In this document: piece after piece, positions 50,817-58,983 of the stretch
Layout of the letters: every line of letters begins with the position of its first letter
How positions within the stretch are numbered: position 1 is the first letter of the stretch
Assembly: GCA_030834275.1 (NCBI GenBank)
Contig: JAURFP010000004.1
Location: 1,191 to 63,269, forward strand
Source of the DNA: Burkholderiales bacterium
Lineage (GTDB): Bacteria; Pseudomonadota; Gammaproteobacteria; Burkholderiales; Eutrophovitaceae
Reading direction: 5' to 3'
DNA: 62,079 nt
Program-made: the position numbers and the translations under genes
The notes under the pieces: model-generated
Database searches by the model: none
Told to the model about the DNA's origin: nothing
The model's input: only the letters and a program-made list of their open reading frames with translations

Positions 50817-51677
50817 ATGAAGAAGGTTTTTGCTTCACTACTTGGCGCAGTTGCACTTACCGTAGCGGCTAGTGCTTCAGCTGGCGTCAGCAAAGCTTAC
50901 TGGGCAACCAGTGGTATGTTTGGTCCATTCCCAATTAACGGTTTGATTCCATCCATCCCTGCTGACCAGGTTAGGGACGTAACGATCCCAGTGAGTATGT
51001 GGATCGTTGAGCATGATAAAGGCATCGTGCTTGTTGACACAGGTAACAATATCGCAATTACAGAAGGCTGCGAGGCTTACTGGAATAAAGGTACCTGTGA
51101 CTTCATGAAACCAAACCAGACAAAGGATACAACGATTACTGGCTGGCTCAAGAAACTTGGTTACAAAAATGAGGACGTACGAGTTGTTATAACTTCGCAC
51201 ACCCACTTGGATCACATGGGTAACATGAAGTCTTTCCCAAATGCAATCCATGCAATCCAAAAAGCCGAGCTATACCAGGGATGGTGGCCAGAGACCTTCC
51301 AGGGACGTACTGGCGAGCCACCATTCGTTCGTAAGGATATCGAAGGCACACAGATGTTCAACTTCCTAGAACTCAAAGGCGATTATGACGTGTTTGGTGA
51401 CGGATCAGTTGTGATCCTCAGCACACCAGGTCACACACTTGGCCACCAGTCAGTTCAGGTTACTATGGATTCAGGCAACAGAATCTTGCTTGCTCAAGAT
51501 GCTATCTGGATGCAAGAGAACCTTGATGGTCACCCAGCTGGTTTGAACTTCAGCGTTCAGGAGTACACCAATTCAGTTAACCGTCTGAAATTCATGCGCG
51601 ATCTTCAGGGCATACCGCTCTTCATGGGTCACGATGAGAATCAGTGGAAAGCTGGCGGTGATCGCTGGTACAGATAA
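50817..51677 (+). CDS. Secreted metallo-beta-lactamase-fold hydrolase, N-acyl homoserine lactonase family
   Basis: Sec signal MKKVFASLLGAVALTVAASASA; LVDTG, SHTHLDHMG, TPGHTLGHQS, QDA, MGHD. Confidence 0.85.
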   Translation: MKKVFASLLGAVALTVAASASAGVSKAYWATSGMFGPFPINGLIPSIPADQVRDVTIPVSMWIVEHDKGIVLVDTGNNIAITEGCEAYWNKGTCDFMKPNQTKDTTITGWLKKLGYKNEDVRVVITSHTHLDHMGNMKSFPNAIHAIQKAELYQGWWPETFQGRTGEPPFVRKDIEGTQMFNFLELKGDYDVFGDGSVVILSTPGHTLGHQSVQVTMDSGNRILLAQDAIWMQENLDGHPAGLNFSVQEYTNSVNRLKFMRDLQGIPLFMGHDENQWKAGGDRWYR

Positions 51678-51708
51678 GAATAATCTGTATTGATTTTTGA
51701 AGTACCTG

Positions 51709-51736
51709 AACCCCCCTTCTCAGGGGGGTTTTTTTT
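51709..51736 (+). terminator. Intrinsic terminator between the lactonase and the ABC ATPase
   Basis: AACCCCCCT-tctc-AGGGGGGTT followed by a T run (T8 in total). Confidence 0.85.
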
Positions 51737-51757
51737 GAGACTAAAAAAGCTACAGAA

Positions 51758-52693
51758 ATGATTTCCTTAGAAAATGTATCGAAACGCTACGGCAGCAAAG
51801 AGATAATTCATAACGTCTCCTTCAATGTGAACAAAGGAGAAATCGTTGGGTTCTTGGGCCCCAATGGCGCTGGAAAGACCACAACGATGCGTATGATCGC
51901 AGGATTTACCGCGGCAACTTCCGGCAGAGTAATGATTGCCGGACACGACATGGCTGACCAAAATTACGAAGCAGCCAAAAAGATTGGTTACCTACCCGAA
52001 CATCCCCCGCTATACGACGTGCTAACGGTTCGCTCCTACCTGAAATTTTGCGCCGAAGCAAAACACATCGCAAAAGCAAGAATCCCGTCCGAGCTAGATC
52101 GCGTGATGCAGGCGTGTCAATTGGATGCAGTGGTTAATCGTGAGGTCTTCAAGCTCTCCAAGGGCTATCGGCAAAGGGTTGGGCTCGCGCAAGCGATTCT
52201 GGGTGATCCAGAAGTTTTATTGTTAGATGAGCCGACGGCTGGGCTAGATCCTGGACAGATTCAAGAGACACGAGAAGTTATTCGTTCTTTTGGCGAGAAT
52301 CATGCAGTGCTTTTAAGTACGCATATTCTTCCAGAGGTAACACTTATTTGTAAGCGCATCGCAATCATCAATGACGGCAGAATATTAGCTGTCGACTCTC
52401 CTGAATCTTTGCAGTCAGCGGTTGCACAATCGAATAAAGTAACGATCACCGCGATTGCCGACAAGGATGAACTTAAGAAAACACTCGTAGCGATTGATGG
52501 TGTGACGGATGCTATGGTATCCGAGCCTTCCCAGAACACCGGCGTAGTGAAGGCGGTGTGTCATGTCGCTGCTGAGGGCCGAATCGAATCAAAGATCGCG
52601 AAAGAAATAGCCACTCGATTCGAACTACTTGGCCTCGAGAAAGAACAACCAAACCTAGAGAACGTATTTTTACGCTACGTTGGAAAAAACTGA
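51758..52693 (+). CDS. ABC-2 type ATP-binding protein (GldA-like)
   Basis: GPNGAGKTT, GYLPE.PPLY, LSKGYRQRVG, STHILPEV. Confidence 0.9.
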   Translation: MISLENVSKRYGSKEIIHNVSFNVNKGEIVGFLGPNGAGKTTTMRMIAGFTAATSGRVMIAGHDMADQNYEAAKKIGYLPEHPPLYDVLTVRSYLKFCAEAKHIAKARIPSELDRVMQACQLDAVVNREVFKLSKGYRQRVGLAQAILGDPEVLLLDEPTAGLDPGQIQETREVIRSFGENHAVLLSTHILPEVTLICKRIAIINDGRILAVDSPESLQSAVAQSNKVTITAIADKDELKKTLVAIDGVTDAMVSEPSQNTGVVKAVCHVAAEGRIESKIAKEIATRFELLGLEKEQPNLENVFLRYVGKN

Positions 52694-52709
52694 AATTAGG
52701 AATATTGAA

Positions 52710-53417
52710 ATGAGCGGTGTATCTGCAATCTACAAAAAGGAATTGGCGAATTACTTTAACGCGCCGATTGCTTATTTCATCATCGCGGTTTTCCTTTTAG
52801 GAACCGGATACTTTTTTATCTACAACATGTTTATGACTGGCTCAGCCTCGCTCGAGATCACATTGCAGAACATGGGCATCCTACTGATTACGGTCGTCCC
52901 TGCGATCACGATGCGTCTATTCTCCTCCGAATACAGCTCCAAAACGATTGAGTTACTGATGACGCTTCCCATACGGCCATGGGAAATTGTTGTAGGAAAG
53001 TTTCTTGGTGCCGCATCCATTTTCCTATTGATGACGCTTGCCACGACGATTAATTTGATCCCACTGTTCTTGTACGGAAACCCAGATCTGTTGGCTACCG
53101 TTTCGGGTTATCTAGGGTTCATCCTCCTGGGACTCGCGTGTATCGCGATTGGTGAATTGTTTTCCTCGCTCACGCAAAATCAAATTATCGCTGCGCTATT
53201 AACTTGGCCTGTCTTACTTGGCTTCTGGTTTGTTGGGCACTTTAAGGTATTCCAGCAAACCGGATTTTTGCGTAGCTTCTCAGACTACCTATCGTTTACC
53301 GGTCACTACGCGAATTTTATTCAAGGACTTGTTCGGTCGGAAAGCGTTGTGTTCTTTTTAGCAACGATTTCTATCGCCTTAATCCTCAATACTAGTTATC
53401 TGAAAGGGAGGCGATAG
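52710..53417 (+). CDS. ABC-2 type permease (GldF-like)
   Basis: KKELANYFNAPIAY, PAITMRLFSSE...TIELL, SSLTQNQIIA. Confidence 0.88.
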   Translation: MSGVSAIYKKELANYFNAPIAYFIIAVFLLGTGYFFIYNMFMTGSASLEITLQNMGILLITVVPAITMRLFSSEYSSKTIELLMTLPIRPWEIVVGKFLGAASIFLLMTLATTINLIPLFLYGNPDLLATVSGYLGFILLGLACIAIGELFSSLTQNQIIAALLTWPVLLGFWFVGHFKVFQQTGFLRSFSDYLSFTGHYANFIQGLVRSESVVFFLATISIALILNTSYLKGRR

Positions 53418-53419
53418 TC

Positions 53420-55057
53420 ATGAACCAATCTTTCCGAAACCTTATCTTCTTACTGGTTGGCATCGCGCTCGTTTTCCTCTCGAGGATCTTTGATGCCATC
53501 TTGATTGAACAGCCATTCGTAACAAATGGCCTACTTATTCTCGGAATTATTTTTGCACTCACCGGCGGAATAAAAATGCGATCCGAGATCGCTGAGCTCT
53601 TCAAGAAACGTAGAGGAGAGCGACTGCTCCGTACCATTGGCCTCATCGGAATTGTTGTCGCGCTTTGTAATCTTTCCATTCGTTTTCCGGCCAGAATGGA
53701 TATGACCGACGCGCACCGCCATTCTTTGTCTACGAAAACTACCGATATGTTGGAACGATTAGAGACACCCGTTCACATTACGTTTTTCCATGATCAACTC
53801 ATGACCGAGACGGTCGATTTCTACGAGCAAATGGCCGCGATTACCGACAAGGTGACCGTTGAATTCCATGATCCGATGCTCAATCCGTCTATGGCGCGAG
53901 TCAAGGGAATCGAGTTTGCGGGTACTGCAATAATGGAGAGCGAAGATCGTAAAATTCAAGTCCACTCCCCTCTCGAGGTAGATATTGCAAATGCGGTGTT
54001 AAAAATATCCCAAGGAATCCAACAGACCGTATGCTTCTTAGATGGTCATGGTGAACCTGACCCTTTCAGTCTGGAGAAACACGACCACATGGAGGGGACT
54101 GGAGGTGATCACTCACACGGTTTGGGTAGCAGGATTTTGATTCATGAGCGGCACGGAATGGCAAAACTTCGAACAAGCCTTGAGAGCATGAACTATGTTG
54201 CTCAGAAGGTGAGCCTTGTTCAGGGTACGGCTTCGCTCGATGCCTGTGACTTGTTTATCGTAGCAGGACCTCAAACGCGGCTCATGGATGCAGAAGTAAA
54301 AGCGATCGATGAGTATCTCAATGCTGGTAAGAATGTCTTACTCATGCTAGATCCGTTTATCGAGACTGGACTCGAGCCAATTATCAAAAAACTGGGTGTG
54401 ATTTTAGATAACGACCTCGTGATTGATCCAAAGAGTCATTTCTGGGCAGATGTGTCATCTCCTGCGGTAACACAATACAATCGCCACTCGATAACGGAAG
54501 ACATCCCTCTGACTTTCTTCCCAGGGGCTCGATCACTTTCACCAACAGAAAACCGAGTTCCAGAGACTTATGTTCGACCACTTGTTAATTCATCAACGGA
54601 GAGCTTCGGGGAGACAGACCAGTCGACTGCGTCATTTACGGAAGGTGTAGATACTAAGGGTCCACTGACCATGATGGTAATCATTGAGAGGGATCCGTCG
54701 CGCATTGACAAGATGCGACCGTTACTAGAACAGACCAGAAACGAGGAAGTGAGCGCGACACAATCGACAACCAATTCAGAAGATGCAGTGAAAACATCTC
54801 GAATCGCGATCTTTGGTGACTCAGACTTTGCCACTAACTCATTCTTCCACGTGCTCGGTAACGGAAAACTCATTCTCAATACGATTAACTACTTGACCGT
54901 TCAAGAGAACCTGATCGGGCTAGAACCAAAGACGATGGATATCCCGCAGGTAACGCTTACCAACGAGCAAATGAAAGGGGTGTTCTTTATGTCTATCCTA
55001 CTCATCCCTTCTTTGATGGCGCTGATTGGGATTGCAGTTTGGTGGAGACGTAGATAA
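53420..55057 (+). CDS. GldG-like ABC auxiliary membrane/periplasmic protein with His-rich insertion
   Basis: DMT...SLS, FLDGHGE, VAGPQ, GDSDF..N, C-terminal TM ending WWRRR. Confidence 0.82.
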   Translation: MNQSFRNLIFLLVGIALVFLSRIFDAILIEQPFVTNGLLILGIIFALTGGIKMRSEIAELFKKRRGERLLRTIGLIGIVVALCNLSIRFPARMDMTDAHRHSLSTKTTDMLERLETPVHITFFHDQLMTETVDFYEQMAAITDKVTVEFHDPMLNPSMARVKGIEFAGTAIMESEDRKIQVHSPLEVDIANAVLKISQGIQQTVCFLDGHGEPDPFSLEKHDHMEGTGGDHSHGLGSRILIHERHGMAKLRTSLESMNYVAQKVSLVQGTASLDACDLFIVAGPQTRLMDAEVKAIDEYLNAGKNVLLMLDPFIETGLEPIIKKLGVILDNDLVIDPKSHFWADVSSPAVTQYNRHSITEDIPLTFFPGARSLSPTENRVPETYVRPLVNSSTESFGETDQSTASFTEGVDTKGPLTMMVIIERDPSRIDKMRPLLEQTRNEEVSATQSTTNSEDAVKTSRIAIFGDSDFATNSFFHVLGNGKLILNTINYLTVQENLIGLEPKTMDIPQVTLTNEQMKGVFFMSILLIPSLMALIGIAVWWRRR

Positions 55058-55060
55058 GAG

Positions 55061-55678
55061 ATGTCCATTAAAAACAAGAACAATATATTCATCTGGATAA
55101 TACTTGGAGCCTTAGTTCTCGTAATTGGATATCTTAAGTGGCAGGACTCCCAGAAAGTTTCGCAGATCCGAGACCCGCTTTGGGTGGATGAGCGGTCGCT
55201 TTTGCCTCTACCGATTGAGAATATCGCCGCACTTGAGATTGGTTATCAAGGAAATCTTCACCGGTTCGATCGCGATAGTCAAGGGACATGGTTCTATCAC
55301 GCGCACGGGGGGTCTACAGGTGTGATGACTGAGCATGGGCACGTAGCCGATGCGGCGGCTGGAGACGCTATTGCAAAATTTTTAGTGGGGCTCAATAACG
55401 CGAGGATTGAGCGTTTTCTTGAGACGGATGAAAAGTCCGCATATGGGGTCATCAATCCTTCTTTGATATTACTTGCTTACAAAGATGCTGAAGGATCTCC
55501 GTTAGCCCAGTATGCGTTTGGAGATCAGGCCCCCGATGGACTGAGTCGGTACGTATTGATTATGGGGCGAGACGACGTGGTGTTGATCGCAGATTATCAA
55601 CATAAAAATCTGATTGATCTAGTCGATGCGGCACAATCAATGGTCGCCCCCCCGCCCTCACAGATATCGAATGACTAG
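55061..55678 (+). CDS. DUF4340-like membrane-anchored periplasmic protein with His-rich loop
   Basis: N-terminal anchor; W..., AD, YG...P and G..AP....Y pattern; follows the gldG-like gene. Confidence 0.65.
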   Translation: MSIKNKNNIFIWIILGALVLVIGYLKWQDSQKVSQIRDPLWVDERSLLPLPIENIAALEIGYQGNLHRFDRDSQGTWFYHAHGGSTGVMTEHGHVADAAAGDAIAKFLVGLNNARIERFLETDEKSAYGVINPSLILLAYKDAEGSPLAQYAFGDQAPDGLSRYVLIMGRDDVVLIADYQHKNLIDLVDAAQSMVAPPPSQISND

Positions 55679-55750
55679 GCATCAAATCTGAGGATGTAAA
55701 ATACGGTAGACTCGGATTGGTATTGTTTTCGCAAGGCTAAAGCCTCAGTG

Positions 55751-56935
55751 ATGCACAAAAAGAAAACACGGATACTCCTTGGCATAACGGGCGGTGTCGC
55801 TGCTTACAAGAGCGCAGATCTTGCTCGTCTTTTCATCAAGAATGATATTGAGGTCCAGGTCGTGATGACCGAGTCTGCAACGCAATTCGTCTCACCAACC
55901 ACGCTTCAAGCCCTCACAGGCCGACGAGTGCACACAGACATGTGGGATGAATCCATTGATAACGGAATGCCACATATTGAACTATCGAGAGCGTGTGACC
56001 TGATCGTCATCGCCCCTGCTACCGCCAATTTCATGACGAAGGTGACGAGTGGTCAAGCGGACGACCTATTGAGCACCCTCTGCCTTGCACGAGACTGTCC
56101 ACTTGCGATAGCACCAGCCATGAATCGCCAGATGTGGGAGAACGCTGCGACTCAGCGAAACCTGAAACAGTTACGATCTGACGATGTCACAATCATTGGA
56201 CCTGACAGCGGAGATCAAGCGTGTGGTGAGGTTGGCGAAGGCCGTATGAGTGAACCAAACTTTATCTTCGATGAGGTCGTAGCATTGCTTCAACCCAAGC
56301 TTTTAGCAGGAAAAAAAGTGGTGATCACAGCGGGCCCCACCTATGAGCCTATTGATGCCGTCAGAGGTATAACCAACTCGAGCTCTGGGAAGATGGGCTA
56401 CGCCGTTGCACAAGCTGCTCGTGAAGCTGGAGCAGACGTGACGATCGTCTCGGGTAAAACTTCACTCGCAACTCCAACCGGCACGAAGAAAGTACCTGTT
56501 ATAACGGCGCAAGAGATGTACGATGCAGTCATGTATCACGTATCGGATGCAGATGTTTTTATTTCCGTTGCGGCAGTTGCAGACTTCAGAGTAAAAAATC
56601 CCGATGCGAACAAGATTAAGAAAACTAAAAGCGGACTCGCCCTGGAGTTTGAAGAAAATCCGGATATTCTCGGTACGGTTGCCAAGATGAATCCGACTCC
56701 GTTCTGCGTTGGCTTTGCAGCTGAGAGCCAAGACCTCGAAAATTACGCTAAAGAAAAACGTGTCGAACGCGGTATACCGCTCATTGCCGCGAACCTCGTA
56801 CAAAACGCGCTTGGGAGTGACGAAAACGAATTACTTCTGATTGATGACAGTGGCTCGCACAAAATCCCAAAAAGCTCAAAGATCAATCAGGCTCGAGAGT
56901 TAATCAAACACATTGCAAAACTAACGGAAAAGTAA
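55751..56935 (+). CDS. coaBC: Phosphopantothenoylcysteine decarboxylase / phosphopantothenate--cysteine ligase
   Basis: [38 protein letters not shown]. Confidence 0.97.
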   Translation: MHKKKTRILLGITGGVAAYKSADLARLFIKNDIEVQVVMTESATQFVSPTTLQALTGRRVHTDMWDESIDNGMPHIELSRACDLIVIAPATANFMTKVTSGQADDLLSTLCLARDCPLAIAPAMNRQMWENAATQRNLKQLRSDDVTIIGPDSGDQACGEVGEGRMSEPNFIFDEVVALLQPKLLAGKKVVITAGPTYEPIDAVRGITNSSSGKMGYAVAQAAREAGADVTIVSGKTSLATPTGTKKVPVITAQEMYDAVMYHVSDADVFISVAAVADFRVKNPDANKIKKTKSGLALEFEENPDILGTVAKMNPTPFCVGFAAESQDLENYAKEKRVERGIPLIAANLVQNALGSDENELLLIDDSGSHKIPKSSKINQARELIKHIAKLTEK

Positions 56936-56940
56936 ACTGC

Positions 56941-57390
56941 ATGAAAAAGTTAGATGTAAAAATTTTGGATGAGCGTATCAGGGAATATTTACCTCAGTAC
57001 TCGACGAGTGGATCCGCAGGCCTTGATCTTCGTGCGTGTACGGATGAAAAAATGACAATTAATCCGGGAGACACGGTCTTGATTCCAACGGGACTTGCAA
57101 TCAATATTGCTGATCCAGGTTACGCAGCCGTCATTCTTCCAAGGTCTGGACTGGGACACAAAAATGGAATTGTATTGGGTAATTTAGTAGGCCTTATCGA
57201 TTCGGATTATCAAGGACAACTTTTCGTATCAATCTGGAATCGTGGAAAAGAAACCTTCGAACTCAATCCTTTTGACCGAATCGCGCAGCTGGTCGTGATC
57301 CCAGTCGTGCAAGTTGATTTGAATATTGTTGATGACTTTGAGGAAACTGGGCGCGGCGCTGGAGGATTTGGGAGTACCGGAAAAAAATAA
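56941..57390 (+). CDS. dut: dUTP diphosphatase
   Basis: [31 protein letters not shown]. Confidence 0.97.
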   Translation: MKKLDVKILDERIREYLPQYSTSGSAGLDLRACTDEKMTINPGDTVLIPTGLAINIADPGYAAVILPRSGLGHKNGIVLGNLVGLIDSDYQGQLFVSIWNRGKETFELNPFDRIAQLVVIPVVQVDLNIVDDFEETGRGAGGFGSTGKK

Positions 57391-57409
57391 AATCACAAAC
57401 GTTGGAAAT

Positions 57410-57442
57410 AAAAAAAGACCAGCGATGCTGGTCTTTTTTTTT
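57410..57442. terminator. Bidirectional intrinsic terminator
   Basis: AAAAAAAGACCAGC-gat-GCTGGTCTTTTTTTTT between convergent dut and the cytochrome c gene. Confidence 0.9.
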
Positions 57443-57456
57443 AAATGGATCCTCTA

Positions 57457-57939
57457 CTACTCAGGAAAAACCATCTGCTCTTCTACTTTGTAAGGATCAG
57501 CGATCTCTCCCGCAGCAACTCTTCGCGCCTCTTCCCATCTTAAGAAGGTCAGCACACTGAGGATCTCCTCGTAGGACATCGTCGTGCCAAATGCGCCCAT
57601 CGTTCCACCAAGCGAGCGGTTTTGGATACCACCGGCAATCGTTGCGTAGATCGATGCGTTGGTGTTTGCTGTATAAACAAACTTTCCGCAACTTAAACAA
57701 GGACCTTTTCCACCGTGCCCGTCACCGCCGTGACAAAATGAGCAACGCTGTGCATATTTTCCTTTTCCGAATTCAACGATCTCCATATTTTCGGTTGGCA
57801 CCTCGAGATCTGTCTCATTCATCTTGTGGCCCGCGTAAGCCGAGTCAATAACACTTGAGTTGGTCATGACGCTCACAGCCACCACTGCTAAAGCAGCGAG
57901 TCCCAATCGGCTAAAAAGCGACGAAAACTTAATTACCAT
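57457..57939 (-). CDS. Periplasmic monoheme cytochrome c, probable electron acceptor of the PQQ dehydrogenase
   Basis: Signal peptide; CSFCH, a second CLSC, MGAF axial Met; GGGGAGG RBS supports ATG at 57939. Confidence 0.88.
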   Translation of the reverse strand: MVIKFSSLFSRLGLAALAVVAVSVMTNSSVIDSAYAGHKMNETDLEVPTENMEIVEFGKGKYAQRCSFCHGGDGHGGKGPCLSCGKFVYTANTNASIYATIAGGIQNRSLGGTMGAFGTTMSYEEILSVLTFLRWEEARRVAAGEIADPYKVEEQMVFPE

Positions 57940-57968
57940 TACGTGAAGCCTCCCCATTAATTATTTTC

Positions 57969-58814
57969 TTATTCCGCGTCGAGTGGTGCGAAATAAGGCA
58001 CACCATACTTCTCAACGATACTCTTAATTGTACCGTCATCAAGCAGCTTCTGGATAGCTTCATCGATGAATTCTTTGAATGCTTTATCTCTTTTTCTAAC
58101 AAGAAAATTTAAATTCCACTGCTGACCCTCTTGCGGCTTAAAACCTTCGGAAATTTTAAACACCGCCTCAGGATGATTTTTCTTTGCTACTACAGGAACC
58201 GTAGCCCAAACGAGAGCTGCATCAACTTGACCGTCGACCATCCCCTTCATGGCTCTCGCGTTGTCTGGGTACACTTCACGCTTAACTCCGTGCGTAAAGA
58301 GCCAATCATCCATTGGAGTAGACATCTGCACTCCGATACGGATATCTGCTGCCGCCAACTCTTCTATACTGTTCATTCCAGCTGCAGTATTTTGCACGAC
58401 CAGCACGTAACCGATAGCCATGTATGGATTAGAGAAGGCCAACTGACCCATCAGGATATCGTCATCACCATTATCGCCAACCCCTGCAAAAATATCACAT
58501 CGCCCCTTGAGAATAGAGTTTCTCAATGCACGCGACATACCACCTCGCGTACCGGTATCGGCCCAATACATCTCCAAGGCCATACCGCCAGCCTTTGCAA
58601 TTTCCTGCATAATTTCCACATCGAACCCTGGAGGATTGGTGTTCTTGATCGAATACGGGAAAGTATACGGATCCGCACACGCTACAATTTTTTTCCTCGC
58701 TTGCGAACGCTCTAGGGTATCGAGCGACTCTTCTCCCTCTTGCGCAAAAGATGACGTCGTATAACCTGTCGCAAGGACACTAGCTGCTAATACACTTATG
58801 AAACGCTTAAACAA
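57969..58814 (-). CDS. MxaJ/XoxJ-like quinoprotein dehydrogenase-associated periplasmic binding protein
   Basis: Signal peptide; ACADPYTFPYS, GFDVEI, GRCDI, YGVP; lies between the dehydrogenase and the cytochrome; TTG start with GAGGAG. Confidence 0.85.
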   Translation of the reverse strand: MFKRFISVLAASVLATGYTTSSFAQEGEESLDTLERSQARKKIVACADPYTFPYSIKNTNPPGFDVEIMQEIAKAGGMALEMYWADTGTRGGMSRALRNSILKGRCDIFAGVGDNGDDDILMGQLAFSNPYMAIGYVLVVQNTAAGMNSIEELAAADIRIGVQMSTPMDDWLFTHGVKREVYPDNARAMKGMVDGQVDAALVWATVPVVAKKNHPEAVFKISEGFKPQEGQQWNLNFLVRKRDKAFKEFIDEAIQKLLDDGTIKSIVEKYGVPYFAPLDAE

Positions 58815-58913
58815 TTTACTCTCCTCAAAACGCGTTTAACTTAGAAACCTCTATTATATTCGGATTAACGAACGCGTCCGAAGTTCACCCAGATAAATAG
58901 CTTCTATAAAAAA

Positions 58914-58939
58914 TAAGGGAGGGCAATTGCCCTCCCTTA
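58914..58939 (-). terminator. Intrinsic terminator after the PQQ dehydrogenase
   Basis: Perfect palindrome TAAGGGAGGGCAATTGCCCTCCCTTA followed by a U tract on the minus strand; a second small hairpin at 58951-58969. Confidence 0.8.
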
Positions 58940-58983
58940 ATCGAACTACTTCTACGACTACTTCGTAGAGCGTTACCCGGAGA

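Noticed and set aside
50817-51677. Antibiotic-resistance metallo-beta-lactamase call
   Set aside because: Motif spacing (HxHxDH, TPGHTxGH, D, GHD) fits the AHL-lactonase-like family, not B1-B3 beta-lactamases
51758-55057. Gliding motility locus
   Set aside because: Only GldA/F/G-like homologues are present; no motor, T9SS or adhesin genes
19649-57442. Similar hairpins with 3-nt loops (19649, 49951, 57410) as a REP/MITE family
   Set aside because: Stem sequences differ and each sits between convergent genes, so they are ordinary bidirectional terminators
58131-58715. 194-aa His-rich plus-strand ORF
   Set aside because: Antisense shadow of the XoxJ-like gene; the His content follows from the sense-strand codons; no recognisable motifs
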